A stretch of DNA of 64,000 nt from Octopus sinensis (GCF_006345805.1 NC_042997.1:99572001-99636000), one strand, 5' to 3'; shown: positions 1 through 12,385, numbered from the stretch's first letter. Program-made: numbers and translations. The notes: generated by a model not told the origin, from the letters alone.

Positions 1-323
1 CTTGATCGGCCCGAAGTTATAGCAGAAGACACTTGGTTCTTGATAGTCCAGCTTGGGATCTGATTTTAAAGCATTTCGGTTGCTATTTCTAGCAGATAAA
101 ACTTGGTTGATTCACATCATCTTGGTTGTCAGATGGCATTAGATATCAAGGGAGAGATTTGCTTCGTTAATTTTACGTCGAGATAATAACTTTGGGACGA
201 ATCGGCCAACTTGGAATTCAACTTGGGACTGGAACAATAGAATGATTGCATTACAGAATTAATTCTCATCCATCCTTAACCTCCGATTAAACACCACGGG
301 GGCATGTAGTTATTATAGGCGTA

Positions 324-1088
324 CTAGCAGCATAGCCCGGCGTTGCCCGGGTATGTAAGAGCCCCTAGTAGGCAACGACTAATCCCAATCTAGTCCTTTC
401 CCTCTAGGGAACGAAGGCGCATGTGTAGGTTGCAATGTCTTCTCTTCACTCCCAAATAACTATCAAACAGCTATCAATAATTCAACCCAACCAATTCCTA
501 CCAGGAAGAAATTACATTCGAGACTTTACCCCCAACACTGCCACTTCTGCTAATAGCTGCTGCAGCCGCAAGTTATTCGAATACTTTTTTTGTTTACACT
601 TTCTTTATAACTACCACCCCAAACGTTTTACCTTAAATTTTTGACGTACCCTAAGGGTCCTCGGACGCTACTTGCAAACTCTTGGTTTATTATAAACCGC
701 TTTTGTCGTGTGCATCAAAAAACCTTTTCCATTCGTTTGTTCAGTTTGGTCACTTTTGACTTTTTCGTTGTCACTCACATTGCTGCCCGCTTTTTTGCCG
801 TTTTTGTACATTTTTATACATTTTGGGATACTTACCCCACGTGTTCCGAGAGCTAAAAAGGTCGAGTTGCGTCCCCTAGACAGTCTGTAGAAAATGTGTT
901 GCATATAAAAAGCTTAGATTCTCGACCCATGTCGAATTTATCGATGTTTTTTTCAGAACTGGGGGAAATTATGACATTGTGTGTCAAGTTTCATCAGAAT
1001 CGGTTGAAAGCCGTGGTCAGGGTGAGGGTACAACCTGACAGACACACAGACACACAGACAGACAAACTGCCGTTTATATATAGAGAGA
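324..1088 (-). mobile_element. Non-autonomous Helitron, 765 bp
   Basis: On minus: 5' A|TCTCTCTATATATAAA at 1088; 3' hairpin CCCGG-6nt-CCGGG (336-351) then CTAG|T at 324-327; inserted between A and T without TSD; (CAGA/CACA)n near the 5' end. Termini match the 390-bp copies. Confidence 0.8.
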
Positions 1089-1244
1089 TTATAGTCATGC
1101 TCTTTAGCTCTCTTTAGTTTTGGGCCACACGCTCAATTAGCCATCTGCGCAAGCTAGCTGAAAAGTCCGCACGGAGTGCGCCTTTCAGACTAGTATGCAC
1201 ACGCACGCGCGCACACACGCACACACACACACATACACACAAGT

Positions 1245-1470
1245 GTGGTTGCTTTTGTGTCTATGTTTGCCCCCATCCTCAACACCGATTGACAACAAGT
1301 GTTGTCTTTTTATGTCTTCATATCTTTGTAGTTCGGCAACAGACACCTGTAGAATAAGTACCAGACTTTAAAAATAAGTGCTGTAAGTAATGGGTTTGTC
1401 CGACTAGACCCGTCGAAATGTTACCACCCAATTTGGCCGCAGGACAACTAATGCAACAAGTAAATGATAA
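1245..1470 (+). mobile_element. Degenerate SINE-B 3' half
   Basis: Diverged match to the SINE-B 3' module (ttgacaac...gttcggcaa...tagaataagtaccag...ggccgcag...aacaagtaaa) seen in better copies at 23900-24104. Confidence 0.6.
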
Positions 1471-2392
1471 TATATTCTCCTTTTTTTTTTTTGTCATCTT
1501 TTCTAGTGTAAATTTCGATAAGGGCTTGTTGTTTCCTTTCTGTCAGTGGGAGTAAGTTTTAGAAGTCTCCTCATCTCAGCATCTTCGAGCCTTTTATCTG
1601 AATTTTTGTTGTATGTTGGTAAATGAGATATCTAACTATCTTTCTTGCAGATACGTTTTGATGTTGTTGAATATATGTACGGCAATGCTTTTTCATAAAG
1701 CGAAAAAAGAAACAATTTTTGCTTTGAAAATATATATTTCAATAAAGGCAAGCCGTCAGATCTAAAATATATCAACCTTATGCAATATGATCCCAAATAA
1801 AGAACGATGAGGATGAATATTAAACTCGAATGGAAAGAACTTCACATGACTAAAGCAATGAAAATATAACAAGAAACTCTATTTGATATAGATTTTACAT
1901 CTTATTGGGAATTTCACGTGTAAGCAATATTTCTTATAGGATGACTGTGTGTGTGCATGTGTATGTGCATCTCTGTGTCCTTGTGTGCATATGTGTGTGT
2001 AATAATGTACGTTTTTATATATACATTTATATATATGCATATTTTTATAAATATATTTTATATATAGTTATATATATGGTTTTATATATATATATCGTAT
2101 GTTTATACGTATTTATGCAAAGCCTGTACAAAGCAAATTGAAATATTAGAGTGAAAATGGAAGTAAAGAAGGTGGAACAACAGTCTACACATTGCCTTAT
2201 ATATCTATATTTCTAGCTTTATATTGTCTTATATTCCTATTCAGCAATTTCCACCGTTTTCTCCTCACGAACTGGTATTAAACACCGAAATATGGAAATA
2301 GAAGGTAAAGTGAAAACTATTGTTTTGCCATCTTTATTTGTTTTCTCTACTATATTCCAATTTGCATTGTATTGTCTTTGAACATTTTTAGC

Positions 2393-2486
<94 letters not shown>

Positions 2487-2784
2487 GAGTTCTTTATTAG
2501 CCGCACATGGCCGAACACAGAGGGGACAATATAATGTAGAACTATTTATTTCGAAAGAAAGAAAGAAAATTTCTTTTAAATACGCTCAAAAGGGATCGAA
2601 AGCGTTTGGGGCGTGTAAACAGCAAAATAAGGCGAAGTAAAAATGTAAAACAGATTAGGTTTATCCGTGGAAAGGAAAGCCTACGGAAAAGACCACGGTA
2701 ACCTCAGGCAGGGAAAGGAATACATGTGAGCAAAGTGCTCTCTCTTTCTTTCTCTCACTCTCTCACTCTCTCACTCTCTTTCTG

Positions 2785-2840
<56 letters not shown>

Positions 2841-5547
2841 TTAAAGGATCATGCTCAAAGTGGTTTCGTCATTCACGCGTACCATCTTTGCTACATTCAC
2901 CCACCTTTTGTTGAAACTTTCATGAGAAAAAAACTTCCCGCTCTGTTGTCACCTTTCTATTCATGTGGTACTTGAAAAGGTTGATGAGCGATTCGCCAAA
3001 GAGAAAAGTGTTTGTCTCTAAACCTTTCGCACGAATCCACCATACACATTCTTTCACCATAGCCACCAGTGCAATGAAAACTGCCTTGCCTTCCCGGTTA
3101 AAGGAAGGTGGCGAGGCAATATTCCCGATACACTCGACGTGTCCTACACGTGACAACAGCCTTTCGACATAAGCCCACAGGTCTGAAATGGCTGGACACG
3201 GCTCGAGTGCGTGCAGGACGATTTCGTCGCTCTGACCGCATTTCGAGCAAGTCGGTCCGGTAAGTCTCGAACCGTACCTGTGGAGCTTATCCCGAACCGA
3301 CAATGCTTCCCGATAGCACTGCCAGGCCAGGGATCTCTGGTGATTGTCCATAGATCCCGGCCCGAAAGTGGTCTTGAACAGGTCTTGCTTCTTCAGGTGC
3401 CGAGCCGCAAGCCCACTGACTTTTCCGGGTTAAATTTCGTTCCTGTTACCGCTTTGTATTCTTTTAGTGTCTCGCTCACCAGATCGATATGCCTGTGACT
3501 CGACACAATGACGGTGACGTCGTCCGCGTATGCAGACACGCTCCTCTCGCATCCCAGTTCTCGTGGGATTTCTCTCAGTGTCGCCAGCTTCCACAGTGGT
3601 GGGGTCCAGAGTCAATATGTACAGAAGCGACGAGAGGGGGCATTTTTGATGGACCGAACGCGTGATGTTAAATGGTCTGGATAGATGACCATTTATGTGA
3701 ACCACCGAGCGGATGCCACTGTATAAGGCAGCGATCCAACCGCAGAAGACGGGACCGAAACCAGCCGCCCTAAGGAAAGCCTCCAGGTAACGATAATCGA
3801 CCCTATCAAAAGCTTCCGATTGATCCAAATTGATCAGCACCCCACTCACGCCAGGTTCCTTAACTACCCTGTCAATGAAGTAGCGCATCAGATGGAGGTT
3901 GTCATGGATACCCCTGCCCGGCACAGCACATGTTTGCGCCTTGTCGACCAGTTTCTGATGACAAGCGCCAACCTCTCGGTTAGCACCTTGGCCAAAATCT
4001 TCAAATCTGCGTTGAGCAGAGTGATGGGCCTGAAGTTATCTATAACGTTGCCCTTGTTTAGATCTTTCTTTAGCAGTTCCAGCGCTTCTCGGCTCACAGA
4101 ACTGGGGCTACTCCCGTTTTGCTGCCAGTTGCAGTAGACTGCTGCCAAGATGCCTCCAAACAAGTCTGGCATATGACAATAAATCTCGTAGGGTAGACTA
4201 TCCAAGCCTGGTGACTTGTCTCCTGCGCAGCCTGCCATCGCATCCCGTATGTCCGCGGCTGTGATATGTCTTTCACAACACTCTGCCTCTCTTGCCGAGA
4301 GTCGTTGTAGGCCATGCAGGTAGGCACTAAAGTCCACTCTGCGTTCTGACCCACCAGTTATCTCGAACAGTTGAGCAAAGTGCTGTTGAAAGGCCTCACA
4401 CATCCTTTCGGGCTCAAGTAATTCGCCCCCTGTTCATTTGTCAGAGACCTAATGGTGGCTTCGTTGCCTCGTTGCGCCTCCGCCTCTCGAATAACTCGTT
4501 TCTCAGAGCACGCATCCTAGCTCTGACAACGCATCCTTCGTGTTTGGCGTTGAAGTGTTGGTCGAGGGTGAACCTCTGTGCCAGCACGTTGGACGCGATG
4601 CCACTTCTATGTGCCTCTTCTAATTTCTTAACTCCCTCTATTCTATTTCGATCTATCGCTAGAGCCTTAACCGATTCTGCTTTAATTGCTTTTTTTAGGG
4701 CATACCACCATCAATCGTTGACGATGGCTCCCGTCAATGCCCTCTTAGCTAAAGTGCTAATCCGGTCTCTGTAAGCCTGTCGCGCCGTGAACGACGCGTT
4801 CAGTTTCCATTAACCGGGACCTTGCCTATGATTCTTATCTAAGTCAAACGTACAAGTCACGATTTTGTGATATGTGTAGCTGACTATATGAAAGTGTGGA
4901 CAATCTACACTATCCTTATCCACTGCCCAACAGAATACTCTATCTAAATACGATCTGGACGACCCGATGCGGTTACTCCATGTTAACATTGGTACATTCG
5001 GATGGTCCAGTTGGTACCTGTCAGACAGTTGGAAACATCTGAGCAGGTCTTTGAGGCATTTAAATTCCCTCCTATTCCTATATCTACCTACGTAGTCTAG
5101 ATGCGTGTCCAAGGTAGCGTTCCAATCCGTTACTAAAATTAAAGGAAGAGACATTCACAGGAAAACCTCTAGACGTCGAAAGAAATCCGGTCAACCTGTT
5201 AAGGACGGTGCATAAACTGTTATCAGTTGAAAAGCACACCCATTACTGCCATCGACATCCAAGACGACCAGCCTACCCTCTGGGTCTAGGAATATTGCTC
5301 TTGCTTTGAGATCCATACTATTCCGAAAAAGCGCCGCGGTACCACCTCCGCCCATTCTTGGCAGACACGGAGAAAAATATATATCGAATTGTCCGCTGAA
5401 CATGTGCTGGAGAGCCCGTGGGTTACGGAGTCTGGCCTTACTGATGGCTATAATATGCACATTCTGTGACTTGATGTCATTTAACAGGTAGCCTTGTTTC
5501 CAAAGCGACCCCAAGCCACACACATTTATACAACCTATTCTAAGCAT
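2841..5547 (-). pseudogene. Tx1-type ORF2 (APE endonuclease + reverse transcriptase + zf-RVT), frameshifted with internal deletion
   Basis: MLRIGCINVCGL (EN start), LVTDWNATLD (GDFN-like), SYLDRVF; RT motifs DKSPGLDSLPYE, NFRPITLLNADLKILAKVL, DQSEAFDRVD, HQKCPLS, SAYADDVTVIV (~3510-3540); CSKCGQSDEIVLHALEPC; C-terminal FNKRWVNVAKM...MIL* with stop at 2841-2843. About 900 codons, shorter than a typical ORF2. Confidence 0.9.
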
Positions 5548-5596
5548 GTTCCTCTCGAAAGTTGTGTTTTACACACAAAAAGAAAAGGAAAAGAAT

Positions 5597-5685
<89 letters not shown>

Positions 5686-5688
<3 letters not shown>

Positions 5689-6725
5689 CTTACTGTTCAA
5701 AAGTTGGTTGTTCTCCTCCTCACAATCTTCTCTCAAGATTTTTTGTACTTTCGTTTTTGATAAGTACTTTTGAAATTTCCCTACTGCATCAGGGTAGAGA
5801 GATTTCAGTGTGTTATGTGTGTTTTGTGTCACGTGTAGGATTTTTTATGTGTTGCGGTGGTGTTGTGCGTGGGTGATTGTTTGTTTTGACATTGTCTTGC
5901 GTTAAGTTGGTGTTTGACCTAATGTATTGCATTAGGTCTGAATTGTTTCTGTTTATTGCTGTCAACATTGTGGGGCTATTTGGTGTTTGTGTGTTTGTAG
6001 TGTTGGTCTTAATGCTTTTATATTGTGCGGGAGTTTTGTTCTCGGGAGTGGTGAATCTCCTTGCTTTGTTTGATTATGTGACTCTTCTTTGCTCTTCCCT
6101 TTTTCTTCTTCCCAACTGTGGCTATTTGCCATTCTTCAATATCACCTTCGTCAGACGATATGTCGGAGGAATCAGGAGAAGGGAGGGGAAGGATACTGGG
6201 ATCGATTTGTGATTGTGTTGTTGGTGTTGGTTGCTTGTTATTGGGATGTGATGTATGGGTTTTGGGGGATGAGAGGTTAGTTTTTCCCTTTTTTCCCTAT
6301 GGGTTGGATGCTTCTGTAGTTGGTGGTGATGGTGATGGTGCTGTCTCTGTACTTGGTGGCGCTGATGGTGGTGGTGTTTGGCTAGGCTGGCATGTTGGCC
6401 GGGGAAGCTCTTTCATTTGCTTCATCAGTTATGTTGCTGGCGGTGAGGGTAGCAGTACTAGTTTGCCTTTCGGTTTTTGGTTTTGTTGTTGTTCCAGTTG
6501 TTGTTGTTGCTCTTCTTCTTCTTTTGCTAATTGGTAGTCTTTTTTGAGATGATATCTTCAACCACAAAGGTAGCAGCGTGGTCTTCTGCCTTCAACGGTC
6601 ACGTATAGGGTTGTTCTATCTGAAAGTTGAATCAAATCTGGGAGATTTTCGATTGTCTCCTGATTTGCCTGAATCAACAAATCCAACCCCTGTCCAATCC
6701 AATTTTGTTGTTCCAGGACGGCAAT
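5686..6725 (-). pseudogene. Tx1-type ORF1 (gag-like) C-terminal relic
   Basis: LYVTVEGRRPRCYLCG*RYHLKKDY = decayed CX2CX4HX4C knuckle (~6535-6600), then Q/P/T-rich low-complexity region, EEWQIATVGKKKR, and a terminal frame ...KILREDCEEENNQLLNSK* stopping at 5686-5688. Confidence 0.7.
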
Positions 6726-6729
6726 TTCT

Positions 6730-7900
6730 AAGATACTATTGTGCAATTGTTTCCTTTTTGATAGGCTGAATGGAAATGTTCGCTCTTATATGCATAGAAT
6801 AACAACATATAAAGAAAAATACTGCTTTGAATCCGTAGATTTTAAAGTATATGTCTGTTTCTATATTTCTACCTGTTTCCATTGTGAATTTTATATTATG
6901 AATCATGTTGTTAATGTGATTTCCATAAGTTTATCAAGGTTATGCTGCCATAAAACTCGTCATCTAGATGTTATTCACTTGTCTTTTAAATGCATAAAAT
7001 ATTATTCCAAATAATTGCAAGATTCATCATAAAATTTTTCTTCTTAGCGTAAGTGAGGGTTAATTTCGTGATCATTGCAGTCCCTGATATTTGTTGGTCC
7101 AATGATTTATTGAAGATAAAATCATTAGTTTTTAATATAAATCTAAGACCAGCAATAATAAATAATGAAAATAATAAATAATGATTTTCAGTAATTCAAA
7201 CTGGTATATATAAAGTAAATATCTATTTAATCGCAGTGATTCAATTGTTGTGAGGGATATTATGGTATAACTTTACATCATTAAAGGAAATAATTATTCT
7301 TCACTCCTTGTTTTGCGATTGAGTATATCTAGATTATTCCAAATATAAGTCTGTATATGTTTATATAAGATGTCTAAAAGAAGTGACTAAACCAGTGTAT
7401 TTCAAATATAGGGCCTGCTATAATCGATCTTAATTACAAACCATCTGGATATTTATATACTTGTTTTTACAGTTTTTACGAGCTTTACTTTTGTGTAATC
7501 TGGGTAGGCCATAGACATTTCTGGTTTATCATTTTAAGTAAGTTGCTTAATAAAACTCTTTAATAGTCAAGCATTTGTAGTATATATTCAATAAAGTCAG
7601 TAGTTTTCTCATTATTTTTTATATTGTTTATAAGTTGTTTGTTTCATTATTTTCTAACATTTAAACACAATTTCCTTTTAATAATCTTTCGCTGACAACA
7701 ACAGCATCACCTTTATCGGTTTCTTTAGTTGTAATTTCAACGTCTTTTTGTTTATCATTTGGATTTGTTCATTCTTGTTTTGAGAAATTCGATGTTATGT
7801 CGTGATTATATTCGAAGTTATTCACAGCTTGAGATATATTTTCTTTACGATTATTTTAATTCTACCATTGTATCAGAACATATATACGCAGGAAGTTTTA
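6730..7900 (-). mobile_element. Penelope-like element reverse-transcriptase relic
   Basis: Collinear PLE RT motifs on minus across stops/frameshifts: KETDKGDAVVV (~7695-7725), VYGLPRLHKSK (~7483-7515), NIPH, QISGTAM (~7070-7092), KFTME (~6877-6891), IETDIYFKSTDSKQY (~6817-6865), PFSL..ICTIVS (~6730-6775). Confidence 0.75.
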
Positions 7901-8107
7901 GTCGCAATGTTGTTTAGCATATTTGTTGTTTATGTATGTATTCTAAATTATATATAATGCTTAGTGACAAATGATTATATAAATCTGCTTTCGTGTATAA
8001 TCTTACTTTATTCTGTAAACCGACTCTTCCATAATATGGTATGTTTCATTCATATTTGGGGTAATTTCATATGTTCATTCATATATATATATACATGTGT
8101 GTCTGTG

Positions 8108-8202
<95 letters not shown>

Positions 8203-8837
8203 GAATGTATGTAATATATAATTTATTTCATGGAAACGAAATGCTTGAATCAATTATTCAAATAACAAATCTGTTGGATGCCACTTTAAGAACATCCTCT
8301 TGCATAACGATGCAAGCCAGAGAAAATATCTTACGAAAGACTTCTACGCCTGCATAACATTCAAAATTCTCAAATATATAAACATTACTCTGTTGCTAGG
8401 AACAGCAGCGACTATGATGAGTGTTGCCATGGATGTTGGTTGGTTCCAGATAGATTTTATCACCTTGGAAATCTATCAACTAGAAATAAAATAGCAGAGG
8501 CTACTTTCTATCAAATATTCCCAAGGAAAAGGCGCCACAGTCAGGCATTTGTTACACTAATGAAAGTATTCTCCATTTCCAGCTGACTGTAAATAAGTTC
8601 TTGCGAACTCATTTCTTGATGTGATTAGCCAACCTGATCATTGTGACGTTCCTGAAACTGATTACGAGGTCTGTCTCGAGCCAAAGCCGCGAGTAATTTA
8701 CCGAACCTTCAGACCAACAACAAAGAATTATTTTCTCCGTGTAGCCTGAAGTAATAAAAGGAAAATGAGATAAGAAAAAAAAAGAAAAAAGAAAGAAAGA
8801 AAAGTCATAAAGAAAGCAAAAAAGAAAGAAAATTCAA

Positions 8838-8987
8838 GAGGTGTGTGGTAAGAAGCTAGCTTCCCAACCACTTGGTTCCGGGTTCAGTCCCACTGTGTGG
8901 CACCTTGGGCAATTGTCTTCTACTATAGCCTCAGACCGACGAAAGTCTTGTGGATTTGGTAGACGGAAACTGAAAGAAACCCGTCGT

Positions 8988-9069
<82 letters not shown>

Positions 9070-9079
9070 TATATATATG

Positions 9080-9111
<32 letters not shown>

Positions 9112-9365
9112 TGTATGTATGTATGTATGTATGTATGTATGTATGTATGTATGTATGTATGTATGTATGTTTGTATGTATGTATGTATACTGGTGTTGGT
9201 GAGTTTACATACCCGTAACTTACCGGTTCGGCAAAAGAGTCCGACAGACTAAGTACTAGGCTTAAAAAGCAATGTCCTGGGGTCGATTTATTCAACTAAT
9301 ACCTTTCAAGGTGGTGCCCCAGCATGGCTGCTGTCAACTGACTGAAACAAGTAAAAGGTTAAGAA
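8838..9365 (+). mobile_element. SINE-B (tRNA head, CORE-like CCTTGGGCAA box, internal microsatellite); candidate octopus OR-type SINE
   Basis: 5' half gtgtggtaag...gggttcagtccc...ccttgggcaa...gacggaaactgaaagaaacccgtcg; internal (TA)n(TATG)n 8989-9187; 3' half ending cagcatggc...gactgaaacaagtaaaag. Family name from recall only. Confidence 0.8.
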
Positions 9366-9691
9366 AAAAGAAGAAAAGAGAAACCGAGTAAGAAAGAGAA
9401 ATCAAAAATGAAGAAAACAATCCTTTCTATTATAGTCACAAGGCCTGAAATTTGTGGTAAGGGCGATGGTTGGTTGCTTCGATCCCAGCACTCGACTGTC
9501 ACTTCTTTTAATCGACCCAGAAAGAATGAAAGAAGTCAACCTCGGCGGAATTTGAACTCAGGACATGAAGACAGACGAAATGCCGCTAAGTATATTGTCT
9601 GACATGCAAACGATTCAGTCAGCTCGCAGCCTTAGGAATAAAAGAAAAAAAGGAAAAAGGAAAGGTGTTAATGAATGAAGGAAACATAGTA

Positions 9692-9937
9692 GAGGCACGT
9701 GGCTTAGTGGTTAGGGTGTTGGATTCATGATTGTAAGATTGTGATTTCAATTCCTGGATCGGGCGATGCGTTGTGTTCTTGAGTAAAACACTTCATTTTA
9801 CGTTGCTCCAGTTCAATCAGGTAGCAAAAGTGAGTATTACTGCGACTGACCGGCACCCCGTCCCAGATAGAGAACTTATAAGCCATGAAACCAAGAAAAC
9901 CGACCCTTATGAGTCGGTATGACTTATAAAAGGAATT
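9692..9937 (+). mobile_element. SINE-C, tRNA-derived
   Basis: Head ggcacgtggcttagtggttagg (A box) ...gatttcaattcctgg (B-box-like), gtgttcttgag...ttgctccag body; second copy at 63569-63800. Confidence 0.65.
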
Positions 9938-10956
9938 TGAATGACTGACCAAATTGACTGACTGACCAGACTGACTGACGGACGGACGGATGGATGGATT
10001 ACCAGTACCATGTAGAATATGCCTCATTATGTTCCTCATGGGCTTTTATTTATTTTTATTTTTTTGTTAGAAAAGCAAGACAGTAATTGTATCGGGTATC
10101 TTAGAACATATCAGCGTTCCAACTCTATCTTTTTCCATACTATTTTTCTTTCGACGGGGGAAAGCTTAACTACGAGAAATTTCTAATACGAAACAAACAG
10201 CCCCACCAGGAATTGAACACGTATCTTAGCTCAGCGAAACATTTTCCATACAACCTACTGAGTCCGCTTCTTTCTTGTGCCACTGTTCAGTCATGGCGTA
10301 CGAGTAAGTTCTATCGATTGTACACTTCCCCATCTCTACCATACTGTATCCTTATACTAATATAACAAAATCATTATTGATGTTTTATTGTGAATGCCTT
10401 GCTGGTGTAAGAAGTGGTGATGCTGGTGCTGTTGAGAGTTCTGGTAATATTAAAGATGGCGGTGGGTTGTAATGGTTCCGGTGGTTGTGGTGGTGGTCGT
10501 CGTCGCTGTCGTTGTCGTGGTACGGATTGAGGTTGCTTTACCAAATGTGTTTGTTATGGAAATCAGCTAAAACCGATTATGTTGGCAATTTAGATTGATG
10601 CCATCAACTAACTTGTTAATTACGTTCATACTGCCGCTCCTAGGCTGACCTACAAAATTACCAAATAAGACATCTATATACGCGCGTGTGTGTGTGTGTG
10701 TGAGTGTTTCTGTGTGTGCGTGTGTTCATGCATGCATATACACACACACACAAGTATAATAAAAAGACACATATGTCTTGTATGTATGATTTTCATGCTT
10801 TCTCTTTCATCTTATTTCTCGTTTTCTCTGCAGTTACATGCATACATGCGCACGTGTACACGTACGTTTGAACGTATCTATATACCTATCTACCAACAAG
10901 CATACATACACACACAAACACACATACACACACAAACACACATACACACACGCACA

Positions 10957-10988
<32 letters not shown>

Positions 10989-11593
10989 AACAAACAAACA
11001 AACAAACAAACAAACAAACAAACAAACAAACAAACAAAGAAAAAGTTTTGTTTGAAATGTTTATTTGGAAAATGTTACTTCGATTTTAAGAATTATTCCT
11101 AATTGTATGTTTCGTAGAACTTCCTGTGGGATAAATATAACAGATAAATATTTCCCTCTCTTTGCTTACCATCTACAAACCAGGACTTTCTTTTTTCTTG
11201 TGTCTTCGATACTTATAACTTGGAATGCTGGGATGAATTCTTGTTAGCATTAAAAGTATTTTGGTGGAAAGTTGATGCAATAAGTTAAGTTTCATAATGT
11301 GGAATTAATGACCATGGAATTTCTTGCTCAAAGAATTCTGAGCATAGGTTTTCAAGAACTTACCAAGTTATTTACCGAAAAATTTTGGTCAATTTTTGTG
11401 AATGAAATATGGCATATCTATAACCACCGGCGTTCAATGGGTAGTTATAGACAACAATAGCCAAAATACTAGTAGTTTTTCTCTTCATAATTCTACGACG
11501 TTTTCTACTAGACACAGTACAAAAATTCGGTCAATGCATTGCTTTGTCTGTTTTTGTATATATATTTAATAATTAATACTACAAAGAGCGGAA

Positions 11594-11734
11594 AAGCAGC
11601 GAGCTGGTAAAATCGTTAGCACCCCGAGTAAAGTACGAGATAAAATAAGTACCAGTTGAGTACTGGGATCGATGTAATCGACTCACCCCTTCCCCCGAAA
11701 TTGCTGGCCTTGTGTCAAAATTTGAAACCAATAT
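11594..11734 (+). mobile_element. SINE-A' (tail type 2), internally deleted, with 14-bp TSD
   Basis: Head gcgagctggtaaaatcgttagc joined to gataaaataagtaccag...gaaattgctggccttgtgtcaaaatttgaaacc; perfect TSD tacaaagagcggaa at 11580-11593 and 11735-11748. Confidence 0.8.
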
Positions 11735-12385
11735 TACAAAGAGCGGAAGGAAGAGATGACTATCAGCAAGTTTATAAGTAATATATAAAATAAACTGGCA
11801 GAGAACTCACGCTTAATATAATAAAGATTGTGCAAGCGGCGTATAGTAAGACATTCTTGATGAATCTCATCAGCGATGTAGGTTTCAATTTTCAATTGAC
11901 GTTTAATGTCCTTGCAGAAAATCTTGTAACTATATTTTCCTTTTACTTAAAGGAAATTGAACTTCATAATTTTTTTTTCTTCATCTTTAAAATATTAGAC
12001 GTTTGTATTGTCGTTCTACAACACTCAGTGGGTTGTTCTGTCTTCAAGCATTACATCATGAAATGGTTTATCTCCCCACACTATATCAACACCTTATAAA
12101 TGAATATACAAAGAGTAAATTAAGTAAGACTATTCAACTGGAAATCAGACTGACATTTCAGACTGACAAATCAGACTTACTATTGCTTTACAGAGTTAGT
12201 TCGCACAGGGAAAAGAAGCTTATAAATAAAGAATATGCCAGTACCATAGAATTAAAATTTGGGGTAAACAGAACTGCGTCCAGTTTTTTTATTTTTAAAT
12301 CTGGAACCATTTTAATTTACTTACTCGTAGTACTCCTGAAATCAATAAACTCAAGAATGGTGATTAACATTTTAAAGTTAATTCA

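Larger units (their letters stand above)
2393..6725 (-). mobile_element. Tx1/L1-clade non-LTR retrotransposon, 5'-truncated and decayed
   Basis: Minus strand order: ORF1 relic, (TC)n spacer, ORF2 relic (EN-RT-zinc finger), 3'UTR with (GA)n, AATAAA at ~2493-2498, then (TCTG)n(TCTA)n tail 2393-2486. No convincing TSD found; 5' boundary approximate. Confidence 0.85.

Noticed and set aside
2375-6740. TSD for the Tx1 LINE (atttttagcgata vs atttctaagata)
   Set aside because: Requires several mismatches and an indel in AT-rich sequence; likely chance.
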